From NCBI GenBank assembly GCA_902610815.1, contig CACLXG010000001.1, positions 12,775 through 76,774 on the forward strand: DNA of 64,000 bases, read 5' to 3'. The translations under genes and the position numbers were made by a program. The notes below the pieces were generated by a model. The model was given only the letters and a program-made list of their open reading frames with translations, was not told where the DNA came from and searched no databases. This document shows, in pieces, positions 53,295 through 64,000 of the stretch. The stretch comes from an uncultured Candidatus Actinomarina sp. (GTDB taxonomy: Bacteria > Actinomycetota > Acidimicrobiia > Actinomarinales > Actinomarinaceae). Position 1 is the first letter of the stretch, and each line of letters opens with the position of its first letter.

Positions 53295-54232
53295 AAGTAG
53301 GTGTAACTGGTGCATCAGGTTTTATTGGTAGAAAACTTTGTAAAGCTTTAAATGAATCTGATTTTGAAGTTTATAAGTTTGTAAGAAGAGAGCCTAAAAA
53401 TGATAATGAAATTTATTGGAGACCATCTAAAAAAGATATAGACCAAGAAAAATTCGAATCCCTTGATGCAGTAATACATTTAGCCGGTGAAAGTATTGCG
53501 CCAAAAGATATTTTTGGATTCCTCCCTTTTGCAGGTGGAAGATGGAGTAAGGAACGAAAATCCAGAATATACTGGTCAAGAAAATGGGCATCTGAAACAT
53601 TTATACAGGCATATCAATCATCTAAAAATCATCCAAATATATTTATAACTGCGTCTGGAAATGATGTATATGGAGACCATGGAGATGAGGTAGTTACTGA
53701 GGAGACTACTTATAATCGAGGTCAGTATTTACAACTTGTTGTTGAAGAAGCATGGGAAGGGCCTTTAGATGAAATTAAGAAGCTAGGTGTACGAGTTGTA
53801 ATGTGTCGAGCTGGAATTGTCTTAGGACGAGGGAATGTAGCAACACAAATTTTTACATTGGTGTCTAAGTTAAATTTATCAGGTCCTATTGGAAAGGGGG
53901 ATCAATATTTTTCCTGGGTATCAGTCAATGATCTTGTCTCTGCTTATATTTTCTGTTTAAATAACTCAGATATTAGCGGACCAGTTAATTGCACTGCTCC
54001 AGAACCACTTCAACAAAAAGAATTTGCAAGAATTATTGCTAAAACAATGAATAAAAAATACTTCGCTCCTCCATTACCTCCAATAATTATGCGTATAGCA
54101 GTTGGCTGGGAACTAGGTGAGCAATTAGGATTAAATAGTATAAGAGCAATACCTAAAAAATTACTTGAAAAAGGATTTGTTTTTAAAAATACAACTTTAG
54201 ATACTATGAAAGAGGACTTTATTAATGAGTAG
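53291..54232 (+). CDS. TIGR01777-type NAD-dependent epimerase/dehydratase family protein (SDR with C-terminal DUF1731-like region)
   Basis: N-terminal Rossmann motif VTGASGFIGRKL, 313 aa. Confidence 0.6.
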   Translation: MKVGVTGASGFIGRKLCKALNESDFEVYKFVRREPKNDNEIYWRPSKKDIDQEKFESLDAVIHLAGESIAPKDIFGFLPFAGGRWSKERKSRIYWSRKWASETFIQAYQSSKNHPNIFITASGNDVYGDHGDEVVTEETTYNRGQYLQLVVEEAWEGPLDEIKKLGVRVVMCRAGIVLGRGNVATQIFTLVSKLNLSGPIGKGDQYFSWVSVNDLVSAYIFCLNNSDISGPVNCTAPEPLQQKEFARIIAKTMNKKYFAPPLPPIIMRIAVGWELGEQLGLNSIRAIPKKLLEKGFVFKNTTLDTMKEDFINE

Positions 54233-54566
54233 TTACGAAGATAGGATGGCAGAAAAGTACAATTTTCTAAAAAAAGAAAATACGGATCAAAAATCTGAAC
54301 AAAGCATTTCAGAGGAAAAGCCATTAGAAGATCCACAAAAAAATGTTCAATCTCCTGAAGAAGGTAGCCTTCTTGTTCCTCTTGATGCTTGGAATACAGT
54401 CTTAAACCAATTAGGTAATTTACATGAGGCTAGTCAACAAATGGCTGAAGCTCGTGAAAGAGCAGCTAAAGCAGAATTAGAAGCTGATTTTCTTAGAGAG
54501 AAACTTAAAAATACTAGACAGCAGTTAGACGAAGTAAAAAAGAAAAAGAGGTTTTTCTTTTTTTAA
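54225..54566 (+). CDS. hypothetical coiled-coil protein
   Basis: 113 aa, Glu/Lys-rich with predicted coiled coil and a basic C-terminus. Confidence 0.35.
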   Translation: MSSYEDRMAEKYNFLKKENTDQKSEQSISEEKPLEDPQKNVQSPEEGSLLVPLDAWNTVLNQLGNLHEASQQMAEARERAAKAELEADFLREKLKNTRQQLDEVKKKKRFFFF

Positions 54567-55813
54567 GTCTCAGCTTTATCTGATACTCCACTAATAATAA
54601 AATAAGAAATCACCAAGAGGATTATTAAAGAACCCATTGCAACATTCCTACCTAGATTTAAACTGTTCACTATAAATCCCCACAACAATGGACCTAAAAT
54701 GGTAGCAAATCTCCCAATTGTGGAATATAAACCATAAAATTCTCCTAAGTGTTCTTCAGGGCAAAGCCTTGTCATGAAAACTCTATCAACGGCAAAAATT
54801 CCACCAATATTAAATCCTCCTAGCACTCCAGTCACATAAATAAGCCACATTTGATTAAATTCTGTTGCAACAATAGCTAAAGATAATGAAATAATCCAAC
54901 AAGAAATACTAACTAAAATAAGCCTTCTAGGTCCATAGATATCTGCAGCTTTACCAAATACATAACCTCCAATTATGGAAACTATTATTGCTAACCCAAG
55001 TAATTCTTGACTTTCAGCTTCCGAAAATCCAGCTTCTTGAGTTAAATATATAGCAAGCAAGCCACTAATTAAAGTATTAATAGCATCAGCGTAAAAAAAC
55101 CTTCCAACTAAAAATCTGGTGAGTCCTTTGTATTCTCTTGTATGCTGCCATGATTTATATACTATTTGTAATGATTGAAGTACGCTAACTTTTGAATCTT
55201 TAGCAGATAGTATTTTTTCTTCTATAAATAAAAATGCAGGTATTGAGAATAATAAAAACAACAATGCTACAGCTCTAAATATTTCAATATAGCTGAAGCC
55301 ATTATTGACCAAAATTGTTGCAACTCCAAAACCAATTAATGAACCCACATATCCAAACGCAACCCCCAGTCCTGATATTTCCCCTCTTTTATTTTCATCA
55401 CTAACTGAAGTTATTAAAGCATCATAAACAACAGATCCTAAATTAAATCCAATTAAAGAAATAACAAAAAGGATTACAGAAGTTAAAACACTAAATGTTC
55501 CTAGAAAGAAAACTGCAAAGATACATATCAATGTAGTTACTAGTAGATACTTCTTTTTTCCATTTGAGCTATCAGATTTTATACCCAACCAAGGTCCTAA
55601 AATCGCAACTACGAGCATAGCAGAAGATGTTGCCCAACCTTGCTGCTGGTCCGTCCAGCCTTGTTCTTCAACCAACCAAACTGAAAAATATAAACCAGGA
55701 ATTACAAAAGCGTATAATGTATTTGCTAAATCAAATGTTAACCAAGATAATAAGCTTTTGGATTTAACTTCAGCTGGTGTTAGATTTTTAATGTAATTTG
55801 ATATGTTATTCAT
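54563..55813 (-). CDS. MFS transporter
   Basis: 416 aa with about 12 predicted TM helices in two 6-helix halves. Confidence 0.55.
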   Translation of the reverse strand: MNNISNYIKNLTPAEVKSKSLLSWLTFDLANTLYAFVIPGLYFSVWLVEEQGWTDQQQGWATSSAMLVVAILGPWLGIKSDSSNGKKKYLLVTTLICIFAVFFLGTFSVLTSVILFVISLIGFNLGSVVYDALITSVSDENKRGEISGLGVAFGYVGSLIGFGVATILVNNGFSYIEIFRAVALLFLLFSIPAFLFIEEKILSAKDSKVSVLQSLQIVYKSWQHTREYKGLTRFLVGRFFYADAINTLISGLLAIYLTQEAGFSEAESQELLGLAIIVSIIGGYVFGKAADIYGPRRLILVSISCWIISLSLAIVATEFNQMWLIYVTGVLGGFNIGGIFAVDRVFMTRLCPEEHLGEFYGLYSTIGRFATILGPLLWGFIVNSLNLGRNVAMGSLIILLVISYFIISGVSDKAET

Positions 55814-56993
55814 TTAAGGACTTTATTGCAGCTTCAAGTCTCTCTAAGCCTTCTTCAAGATCTTCATCACTTAGAGCGTAGGATAATCTCATAAATCCTG
55901 GAGTTCCAAAAACTTCACCAGGTACAAACGCTATATAATAATTCTCTAACAACCACTCGCATAATTCTTCAGAAGAGCTCAAATTATTTTGTTCAGAACA
56001 GTAATAACTAACATTAATAAATAAGTAAAAGGCACCAGTACTTTCTACTACATTAAGATTTGGAATACTTTTAATTTTCTCGGTTGCAAATAGCCTCCTT
56101 CTATTAAAAGCTTTTTTCATTTCATTAGTTACCTCAAGCCCATTAAGTAGTGCCGCTTCTGCAGCTAATTGAGACACGTTAGAAACATTTGAGGTTGCCT
56201 GAGATTGAATTTTTTTTCCAAGCCCTATTACACTTTTATTCCCAATTAACCAACCGACTCTCCATCCTGTCATTGAGTATGACTTTGAAACACCATTTAC
56301 GATAATTGTATTTTTTAATTCAGGATCATATATTGCCGGTGAAGGAGATGTTTCTCCTTCATAAACTAAGTGTTCGTAAAGTTCGTCAGATAAAATCCAT
56401 AAATCGTTTTTGAATATCCATTCATAAATTTCTTCAGCCTCTCCTTTTGTATAAACTACTCCAGTAGGATTTGATGGGGAACACCAAACTAACATTTTTG
56501 TTTTTTCAGTTTTACTTTTTTCTAATTGTTCAACAGTGACTTTAAAATTATTGCTCTTTTCAGTTTCAATAAAGACAGGAGTTCCTCCAGCAATTTTTAC
56601 TGCTTCTGGATAAGTTGTCCAATAAGGAGCAGGTATGATGACTTCATCCCCAGGGTCTAATGTAGATAAAAATGCAGTGAGTATTGATTGCTTTCCACCA
56701 TTAGAAACAATTACATTATCTGAATTAATTTCAAATCCTGAGTAATTTTTTGTTGTTTTTGCAATTATTTGTCTTAGCGATTCAAGACCTGCTGCAGCAG
56801 AGTACTTGTGATTTTTAGGATCAGCCGCAGCTTTTATTGCCGCATCTACAACATAATCTGGGGAGGGAAAGTCTGGTTCTCCTGCACCAAATCCAATAAC
56901 TGGCTTACCTTGTGACTTCAATTCTCTTGATTTGTTTGAAATAGCCATTGTTCCAGAGGGCTTAATTTTTTGATCTAACTTTGAAATATCCAT
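55806..56993 (-). CDS. class I pyridoxal-phosphate aminotransferase (aspartate aminotransferase-like)
   Basis: PLP lysine motif SKSYSMTGWRVG and SNPTG motif (395 aa). Confidence 0.8.
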   Translation of the reverse strand: MDISKLDQKIKPSGTMAISNKSRELKSQGKPVIGFGAGEPDFPSPDYVVDAAIKAAADPKNHKYSAAAGLESLRQIIAKTTKNYSGFEINSDNVIVSNGGKQSILTAFLSTLDPGDEVIIPAPYWTTYPEAVKIAGGTPVFIETEKSNNFKVTVEQLEKSKTEKTKMLVWCSPSNPTGVVYTKGEAEEIYEWIFKNDLWILSDELYEHLVYEGETSPSPAIYDPELKNTIIVNGVSKSYSMTGWRVGWLIGNKSVIGLGKKIQSQATSNVSNVSQLAAEAALLNGLEVTNEMKKAFNRRRLFATEKIKSIPNLNVVESTGAFYLFINVSYYCSEQNNLSSSEELCEWLLENYYIAFVPGEVFGTPGFMRLSYALSDEDLEEGLERLEAAIKSLNE

Positions 56994-57060
56994 ATTTTTC
57001 TCAACGCTATTTTAATAAAGTTATCTAGTAAGTATGTTTCATAATTATTAAACTATTAAA

Positions 57061-57900
57061 ATGGAACAAATACTTTTTGGCGCACCTGTTGCAGAGCAAC
57101 TCGATGAAATCAGTAAAAATGTTTTTCAAGAATACAGCAAAGATAATAAGAAACCTCACCTGACTGCAATTACAGTGGGAGATAATCCAGCTTCTTTGTT
57201 ATACGTCTCGCGTAAACAAGAAAAAGCATTAGATCTTGGAGTAGAATTCAATTGGTTAAAACTAGATACTAACACTTCTCAAGAAACTTTTGAGGAAGTT
57301 ATATCTGAAGAGTCAAAAGCTACTGATGGCTTAATAATTCAGCTTCCACTCCCAAGCCATCTGAATCCCGAAGAAGCAATTAACTGTATTCCTTATGATA
57401 TTGATGTAGACGGATTAACGTCTTACAATCTTGGAAGTTTGTTTTCTGATACATACAAGTTAATACCAGCAACTTCACTTGCAGTATTGGAATTATTAAA
57501 TTTTTACAATATTCAAACGGAAGATAAGAACATAGTTATTGCTGGAAGGTCAAGGCTGGTATCAGCACCATTGGCTAAAATTTTGTCATCAAAAAGTTAC
57601 AATGCTAATGTTTCAATCATTCACAGTAGGACTACAAATCAAAAATTATTTACAAAAGAAGCAGATATTTTTATATCCGCAATAGGTTCAGCAAAAATGT
57701 ACGATAGTGCTTTCTTTAAAAACGGAGCAACAATTATTGATATTGGAATATCTTCAGTTGATGGTAAAACATATGGAGATATCGACACAAATGGAATAGG
57801 TGAGGTAATTAGTGCAAGAGCACCATTTCCAGGTGGTGTTGGCCCAATTACAGTATCTGCTTTATTTTTTAACCTATCAAGATTAATTCAAACTAACTAG
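57061..57900 (+). CDS. folD: bifunctional methylenetetrahydrofolate dehydrogenase/cyclohydrolase
   Basis: 279 aa, FolD pattern (…PGGVGPITVSAL…). Confidence 0.85.
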   Translation: MEQILFGAPVAEQLDEISKNVFQEYSKDNKKPHLTAITVGDNPASLLYVSRKQEKALDLGVEFNWLKLDTNTSQETFEEVISEESKATDGLIIQLPLPSHLNPEEAINCIPYDIDVDGLTSYNLGSLFSDTYKLIPATSLAVLELLNFYNIQTEDKNIVIAGRSRLVSAPLAKILSSKSYNANVSIIHSRTTNQKLFTKEADIFISAIGSAKMYDSAFFKNGATIIDIGISSVDGKTYGDIDTNGIGEVISARAPFPGGVGPITVSALFFNLSRLIQTN

Positions 57901-59197
57901 CAGCCCACTCCTCTTCGCTAATTCTTTTGTCCATATCTACTTTTCTAAGAAGCAATGCTCCAATTAAGAAAAAAGATGTAATGACTGGAAGCGAAAGCCT
58001 TGGGTTTCCAGTCGAGGCACTGACATATGCATAAATTAATGGACCCCAGATAGCTGAAAATCTAGAGAGGACTGAAAAGAATCCCATAAATTCTCCCTCA
58101 GCACCCTTTGGCAACATAGCTGCATAAACACTTCTACTGACAGACTGAAGTCCACCCATTCCCATAGCTGTAATAATGCCCATGATGATTACAGGGATTA
58201 GTTGCTTTTCTGGAACAATGTAACCAGCATTACCCACTAGGAAAAGTAAAAACATTGTGTAATATAACACATTTTTTTGACCAATTTTAGTAGCAAGATT
58301 TCCAGCTAGTTTTGCACCAAAGTAAGCAACAAACTGAACAACTAAGAATACGATCAGTACTTGGGTCTGGTCCAAAAGCAGAACTTCTGTAAAGAATGCT
58401 GCTGACATATTAATTAATGTTTGCAAGCCATCCCAGAAAAATATGTAGGCAACCAAAAAGTAAAGTAAAAAAGGAAATTTTCTAATTTTTTTCAAAGTCG
58501 TAAAATTCCTACTATAAGCTTCTGATATAGAACCTTTTCCAGAACCTGATCTTGTCTCGACTATGTTCATTCTTGAAAAACTAAATACTGAAAATACAAG
58601 CCACCACAGACCAGCTAATGAAATTGCTATCCTTGAAGCTAAAGCGGCATCTATCCCGAGTAGGTCTGGACCAAGTAGTATTATTGCGAATGATAAAATT
58701 AGCTGGGTTCCACCACCAAGATAACCAAGTGCATAACCTCTTGCAGAAACTGCATCAATAGTATCATCGGTTGTTATATCTTTCAGAACACTGTCGTAAA
58801 AAACATTTGAACCTGTAGCGCCAAATTGAGCTAAAAAGTAAATCACTAATGTCAATATGACATCACCTGATGTTGCAAAGTAAAATGAAGATGCAAAAAC
58901 AGCACCTCCATAAGCAAATATCTTAAATAATTTCATTCTGCTACCAGACATATCAGCAATTGCACCAATTGTTGGCATTATGAGAAAAAATATGAATAAT
59001 GCAGAACCAATAGCAAAGCCCCAGACTTCTGCTCCGGTATATACATTACCTCTGAAGACAAAGCCTTCTTCTGGTACAACAACACTTACAAAGTAAACAG
59101 GTAAAACAGCCCCAAGAGTAGTAGTTTCATATGCTGATTTGGCCCAATCATACATTGACCAGCCAAAAATGGTTCTTTTGTTATTTTTTTCGTTCAT
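57893..59197 (-). CDS. MFS transporter
   Basis: 434 aa polytopic membrane protein. Its 3' end is convergent with and overlaps folD. Confidence 0.5.
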   Translation of the reverse strand: MNEKNNKRTIFGWSMYDWAKSAYETTTLGAVLPVYFVSVVVPEEGFVFRGNVYTGAEVWGFAIGSALFIFFLIMPTIGAIADMSGSRMKLFKIFAYGGAVFASSFYFATSGDVILTLVIYFLAQFGATGSNVFYDSVLKDITTDDTIDAVSARGYALGYLGGGTQLILSFAIILLGPDLLGIDAALASRIAISLAGLWWLVFSVFSFSRMNIVETRSGSGKGSISEAYSRNFTTLKKIRKFPFLLYFLVAYIFFWDGLQTLINMSAAFFTEVLLLDQTQVLIVFLVVQFVAYFGAKLAGNLATKIGQKNVLYYTMFLLFLVGNAGYIVPEKQLIPVIIMGIITAMGMGGLQSVSRSVYAAMLPKGAEGEFMGFFSVLSRFSAIWGPLIYAYVSASTGNPRLSLPVITSFFLIGALLLRKVDMDKRISEEEWAAS

Positions 59198-59363
59198 ATC
59201 CCCCCTTATATAAAACTTTAATCAAATAAATTGAATGATGAAGAATAGAAACTTAAATTTAATAAATTTACACACTATATTTAATATGTCTTTAATTTAT
59301 TGAAAGTATTTATTTGTATTTTGCTTTTAAAACAAAGGTATTTAAAAAAAAGGATAATAATAT

Positions 59364-60455
59364 ATGGGGTTTAAATGCGGTATAGTAGGTCTGCCGAATG
59401 TAGGAAAGTCGACACTATTTAATGCTTTAACACAGGCTGGTATTGAGTCTGCAAATTACCCTTTCTGTACAATTGAACCAAATATTGGCGTTGTACCTGT
59501 AAATGACATTCGGTTAGGTCAATTAGCCAAAATTGTAAATCCAAAAGAAATTATTCCCACTTCAATGGAATTTGTAGACATTGCTGGTCTTGTTGAAGGA
59601 GCTTCCAAAGGGGAAGGTTTAGGTAATCAGTTTTTAACTAATATTCGAGAAACTGATGCAATCGTCCATGTTGTTCGAGCTTTTGAAAATGAAGATATCG
59701 TTCATGTCTCTGGAAAGGTATCTCCAAAAGACGATATAGAAATTATTAATACAGAGTTAGTTCTTGCCGATTTAAGCACAGTTGAAAATCTGTATCAGAA
59801 AGCTGTAAAAGGCACAAAAGCAGGTCAAAAAGAAGGTCTACCATTAAAAAATTTACTTGAAAAGATCTTACCCGTTCTTGAGGAAGGTAAGTCATTAAGA
59901 ACAGTTTCATTTAACGAAGAAGAACAGAAACTATTAAAAGGTTTTCAACTTCTAACAATTAAACCTGTTTTGTATGTTGCGAATGTTAATGAAGATGGAT
60001 TTGAAAGTAATCCATTTTTAAAGCATATATATGATTTAGCTAATGAAGAAGGTTCAGAAGTTGTTGCAATATGTGCTGAACTTGAAGCTGAAATTTCTGG
60101 ATTAGCAAATGAAGAAAAAATTGAATTTCTCAAAGAACTTGGTCTTGAAGAATCTGGCCTTGATAGGTTGACTAGGGCTGGATACAAATTATTAGGTTTA
60201 CAGACTTATTTTACTGCTGGAGAAAAAGAGGTACGTGCTTGGACAATAAATGTTGGAGATAGTGCACCAAAAGCGGCTGGTAAAATACACACTGATTTTG
60301 AGAGGGGATTTATCAGAGCAGAAACAGTAACCTTTGATGATTATATTAAAAATAACGGAGAAAAAGGGTCAAAAGAAGCAGGCAAGCTAAGATCTGAAGG
60401 TAAAGAATATATTGTTAAAGATGGTGACGTCATTCACTTTTTATTCAGTGTTTAG
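59364..60455 (+). CDS. ychF: ribosome-binding ATPase YchF
   Basis: G1 motif [18 protein letters not shown] and TGS C-terminal domain (363 aa). Confidence 0.9.
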   Translation: MGFKCGIVGLPNVGKSTLFNALTQAGIESANYPFCTIEPNIGVVPVNDIRLGQLAKIVNPKEIIPTSMEFVDIAGLVEGASKGEGLGNQFLTNIRETDAIVHVVRAFENEDIVHVSGKVSPKDDIEIINTELVLADLSTVENLYQKAVKGTKAGQKEGLPLKNLLEKILPVLEEGKSLRTVSFNEEEQKLLKGFQLLTIKPVLYVANVNEDGFESNPFLKHIYDLANEEGSEVVAICAELEAEISGLANEEKIEFLKELGLEESGLDRLTRAGYKLLGLQTYFTAGEKEVRAWTINVGDSAPKAAGKIHTDFERGFIRAETVTFDDYIKNNGEKGSKEAGKLRSEGKEYIVKDGDVIHFLFSV

Positions 60456-60545
60456 ACTTAAAAGCACATATTTAATGGTTATTTAAATAAAAAGCTTTAC
60501 AAAGAAGTTCTTTAACTAAAATGAAAATATAGGATAATAAAACTC

Positions 60546-61949
60546 TTGAAAGTAATAATTGTAGGCGCACACGGTGAAGCAAAAGAGCTAATAAATAGAA
60601 TTAGTTCTGGATGGTCAATATCTGTTATTGATTTAGATCAAGATAAATTAAGAAACTTTAGTACAAATAGGCAAATAGAAAAAATACAGGGAGATGCAAC
60701 TTCATCTTTAGTTTTAAAAAAAGCAGGATTAGAAAGTACGACTGCAGTTATAACGCTTACATTAAATGATGAAGTAAATTTAGAAGTACTAAAAATTGCA
60801 AAACAAAATAATATTTTTAGATTATCTTCAGTTGTCAACGAAGCTTCAAATGCTGATAGTTACAAAAATCTTGGAGCAGAAGTAGTAGAGCCCGATATTC
60901 TTCTTGCTAGAAGGTTTGAACATATTTTAGAACCAAGGAGAGTTGTTTCACAAGCATTTGCTGGTGGAAGAGCTGAAGCGATAGAAATTGAAATTAGCTC
61001 TGACAGCCCAGTTAGAGGTAAGAAGTTAAAAGAAATTGGATCTGATTATTACATTGTTGGAGCTTTACTAAGAAAAGGAAAGGTAATTATTCCACATGGT
61101 GACACCGAAATCGAAACAGGTGATCTTGTAACTATCGTTTTACAATCAGGTGCATTCTCAAACGTAATTAATTTATTTTCAGGATCGGAATCAAGATATC
61201 CTTTAGAATATGGAAAAAATATTCTTGTAGTTCTGGAAAATAAAGACAATTTAAAAAATTTATCTGAATCTGAATTTTACACTAGAAATACAAAAGCAAC
61301 CTCTTTAATGGTTTTAACCAAAGAAGATTTATTTGATAATAATCTTGAGTCAACAGATGAAACCTTTAAAGCTATTTTGAAAGATCAAGAGTTTGAAATG
61401 ACTTTAAAAAATAAAATTTCTAATAAAGATATCGAAAACATAGTTACAGAAGGCTCTATTGGAACTATTTTTTATCCTCTCGAAGAAGGAATATCAAAAG
61501 CAAAAATTAAATCATTAATAAACATATCTAATAAAACTAAGACCCCTGTACTATTTTCAAAATCAACATACCCTTACAAAACGATTGGAATACTTGTCAA
61601 TAATGATTTTGGTGAAAACACTTCAAATTCTATAGCATTTGATTTAGCTTCTTCTTTATCCGCTTCTTTGATTGCGGTCAACGTATCACAACCAAAATTT
61701 TTGCAATCTGATGATGCTGCAAAGCTCACCGATTCCTTAGAAAAAATGCAGGACTTAGCTTTGTCTTATGAAGTTCAATTAGATTTTGTAAATCATGAGG
61801 GAAATGAAGCTAAAATCTTTTCTGATTTATCTTCTAAATTTGACCTTTCAATTATTGGAAATGGGAAAAACCAATCATGGCAAAGTAAGAAAACAACAGA
61901 ATTCATATCTAATAATTCAAAATCTTCTGTTTTATACATACCAAGTTAA
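60546..61949 (+). CDS. RCK (TrkA-N/TrkA-C) domain protein fused to C-terminal Usp-like domain(s)
   Basis: TTG start. N-terminal Rossmann-like region KVIIVGAHGEA with a degenerate GxGxxG motif. RCK_C-like segment (…DYYIVGALLRKGKVIIPHGDTEIETGDLVTIV). The C-terminus (…DLSIIGNGKNQ…VLYIPS) resembles universal stress protein. Confidence 0.5.
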   Translation: MKVIIVGAHGEAKELINRISSGWSISVIDLDQDKLRNFSTNRQIEKIQGDATSSLVLKKAGLESTTAVITLTLNDEVNLEVLKIAKQNNIFRLSSVVNEASNADSYKNLGAEVVEPDILLARRFEHILEPRRVVSQAFAGGRAEAIEIEISSDSPVRGKKLKEIGSDYYIVGALLRKGKVIIPHGDTEIETGDLVTIVLQSGAFSNVINLFSGSESRYPLEYGKNILVVLENKDNLKNLSESEFYTRNTKATSLMVLTKEDLFDNNLESTDETFKAILKDQEFEMTLKNKISNKDIENIVTEGSIGTIFYPLEEGISKAKIKSLINISNKTKTPVLFSKSTYPYKTIGILVNNDFGENTSNSIAFDLASSLSASLIAVNVSQPKFLQSDDAAKLTDSLEKMQDLALSYEVQLDFVNHEGNEAKIFSDLSSKFDLSIIGNGKNQSWQSKKTTEFISNNSKSSVLYIPS

Positions 61950-61952
61950 TTT

Positions 61953-63101
61953 ATGGAAGAGTTTGAAGCAGTATCCCTAGTCATTATTTCCTTAGGTGCA
62001 TTTATCTTGCCACTCGTAGGTCAAAGAATAAAGATACCTGGCATTGTACTTGAGATAGCTTATGGGATTACAGTCGGACCAGTCTTAGGGTGGGTTGATT
62101 CGTCAGAATTCATTTCTGGTCTTGCAATACTTGGCTTTTTACTATTGATGTTTTTGTCAGGGTTTGAAATTGAGTTAGACACTTTCCGCGAAAAAGGTTT
62201 AAGAACTCTAGCGCTCCCAATGTCAATCTATCTTCTTACTGTTATAACTTCTTTTTATTTGATTTCTACTTTGGGATATCCAATTTTCCTTGCTTTGGTT
62301 CTGTGCACAACAAGTGTTGATATAGTGATAACTATTTTGAGAAGTGATGGAACGATTAAAACAAAATATGGGCAGACTTTGTTTATGGTCGCTTTACTTG
62401 CAGATATATTGACTTTATTGGCAGCTACTGTTTATGCATCTTTTATAAATGCTGGAGGATTGTCTATTTCAAACCTTAATGTCGTCCTTTATTTTGTAGT
62501 AGTAATCATGTTATTAAGAATTATTAGAAGAGTTGCTTGGTGGAATCCTCAACTATTTTCTAGAATGTTTGACGGAAACGACCCGGATGAGTTGGGAATA
62601 AGAAGTTCTATAGCCCTTATGTTGATACTTGTTGGAGTTTCAGTATTTTTTGATATAGAACCAATACTTGGTGCATTCTTAGCTGGAACAATTTTCGCTT
62701 TCACATTTTCGAATAGGGGAACTTTAGAAAGTAGCTTAAAAGGATTTTCTTATGGATTTTTAATACCTATCTTTTTTATAAACATTGGATTAAATTATGA
62801 CATTAGTGTTTTTTCTGAAACACAATTTTTTGTCGAAGTTGGGTATCTATTCTTGATTGCGGTTGGAGTTAAGTTCATCCCTTCTCTTCTACTCGTTTTC
62901 TCAAAGATAAAATTCAGAGATATGCTTGCAGGAGGATTTTTACTTTCAGCTAGATTTAGTCTAATTATTGCAATGGCAGAAATAGGTGTTCATCTAGATT
63001 TAATTTCAAAAGAATTAGAGCAACAGATAATTCTTTTAGCAGTAATAACAGCAACTTTCTCACCAATTTTATTCAGATTAGTAAGATCCCAAACAAAATA
63101 A
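61953..63101 (+). CDS. cation:proton antiporter (CPA family, Kef/NhaP-like)
   Basis: 382 aa, roughly 12 TM helices. It sits immediately downstream of the RCK regulator. Confidence 0.65.
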   Translation: MEEFEAVSLVIISLGAFILPLVGQRIKIPGIVLEIAYGITVGPVLGWVDSSEFISGLAILGFLLLMFLSGFEIELDTFREKGLRTLALPMSIYLLTVITSFYLISTLGYPIFLALVLCTTSVDIVITILRSDGTIKTKYGQTLFMVALLADILTLLAATVYASFINAGGLSISNLNVVLYFVVVIMLLRIIRRVAWWNPQLFSRMFDGNDPDELGIRSSIALMLILVGVSVFFDIEPILGAFLAGTIFAFTFSNRGTLESSLKGFSYGFLIPIFFINIGLNYDISVFSETQFFVEVGYLFLIAVGVKFIPSLLLVFSKIKFRDMLAGGFLLSARFSLIIAMAEIGVHLDLISKELEQQIILLAVITATFSPILFRLVRSQTK

Positions 63102-63105
63102 TTTA

Positions 63106-64000
63106 TGAAAATTAAACCTGATTTGTATTTAAAAGGTGTCTTTATGGGTATCGCTGAAATTATACCTGGAGTTTCTGGTGGAACAATAGCCTTCATAACA
63201 GGTATTTATGAAGAGCTAATAAATTCGATAAAATCTATTAATACAAACACATTGAAGTTACTTGTAACCTTCAAATTTTCGGCATTTTGGAGAGCAATAA
63301 ACGGAACTTTTTTGATTACTTTAATTTTCGGAATGCTGACCTCAATTTTGGTTCTTTCAAGATTTATTGTTTATTTACTAAATGATCATCCTTTTAAAAT
63401 TTGGGGATTTTTCTTTGGTTTAATAATTGCTTCTGGGATATTAATTTTTTATCAAATTCAGAGAGTAAGTAGTACCGTTTTTCTTTCATTTTTAATAGGA
63501 CTTATGATTTCATCATCTATAGCTCTCCAAGCCCCATCTAATACTCCAAACACAAATTTTTATATATTCATGTCGGGCGCAATTGCAATTTCTGCAATGA
63601 TTCTTCCAGGTATAAGTGGATCTTTTATTCTTGTGTTTTTATCAAAATACGAATTTATATTGAAAGCTTTGAATAGTTTTGATACCGCAGTTATATCTAT
63701 ATTTTTAGCTGGATGCATAGTTGGTTTAGTTACATTTAGTAGAGTTTTTTCGTACCTTTTTAAAAAATATAATGATGTTGTTATCAGTGTTCTTATAGGA
63801 TTTCTTGGTGGTTCATTATTTAAAATTTGGCCTTTTTATGAAGTTTTAGAGTATAACTTAGCTAATGAGCCTATTTATACATCTCCAATTTTACCGACAG
63901 CCAGCCAAAGTAATGACTTGGTATTCTTTTTTACATTTGGAGTAATTGGATTCCTCGGCATGTGGGTTATAGAAAAGAAATTTATAGGTCTTAATAAAGA
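63106..64000 (+). CDS. DUF368 family membrane protein (3' partial, runs off window)
   Basis: ATG at 63106 opens a frame with no stop to the window end. Repeated motifs IPGVSGGTIAF and LPGISGSFILVF. It is absent from the ORF track only because it has no stop. Confidence 0.5.

Noticed and set aside
54536-54580. Possible bidirectional terminator at the convergent ends of the coiled-coil ORF and the MFS gene (AAAAAGAAAAAGAGG / TTTTTCTTTTTTT)
   Set aside because: The stem is A/T only and would be very weak. It is also largely the coding sequence of the Lys-rich C-terminus (KKKRFFFF).
60456-60545. Possible terminator after ychF (AAAGAA-GT-TTCTTT)
   Set aside because: A 6-bp all-A/T stem with a 2-nt loop is too short and weak to support.

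Overview
This is about 64 kb of densely packed chromosome from an AT-rich streamlined bacterium (GC looks to be roughly one third by eye, not computed). Several hallmarks point to an actinobacterial lineage. The block prfA-prmC-tsaC-(glyA)-atpIBEFHAGDC has mycobacterial-type order. A PIG-L (MshB/Mca-like) deacetylase, a nickel superoxide dismutase with its SodX peptidase, a gltX-tRNA-Gln/tRNA-Glu cluster, gatCAB and a CofC/FbiD-like F420 gene are present. Contents in order are as follows. Translation and one-carbon genes (prfA, prmC, tsaC, glyA). The complete F1Fo ATP synthase operon. A single phosphate super-operon: tandem-fused double pstS, then pstC, pstA, pstB, phoU, an OmpR-type regulator and a sensor-less mini histidine kinase. 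A minus-strand operon sodX / Cys-rich small protein / korA / korB, divergent from sodN. metG. amt-gltB (no glnK or gltD adjacent). deoC, an aldehyde dehydrogenase and a truncated ALDH-like pseudoenzyme. Housekeeping genes (pgl, murA, nifU-like, iscS-like, mnmA, ligA, dapD, dapE, gatCAB, pgpA, ilvE, gltX, three tRNAs, cofC-like, pyk, folD, ychF, aspC-like, MFS transporters). An RCK-Usp regulator with a CPA antiporter, and a partial DUF368 gene. No CRISPR array, transposase, integrase or recognisable defence island was seen. The most noteworthy signals are the internally gene-converted double PstS, the minimal PhoR-like kinase, the Ni-SOD maturation locus with an uncharacterised Cys/His-rich peptide wired to a ferredoxin oxidoreductase operon, candidate PHO-box and GlnR-like direct repeats, and a noncatalytic half-size ALDH paralog. 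All calls rest on reading the translated ORFs and the sequence by eye. No database searches were run.
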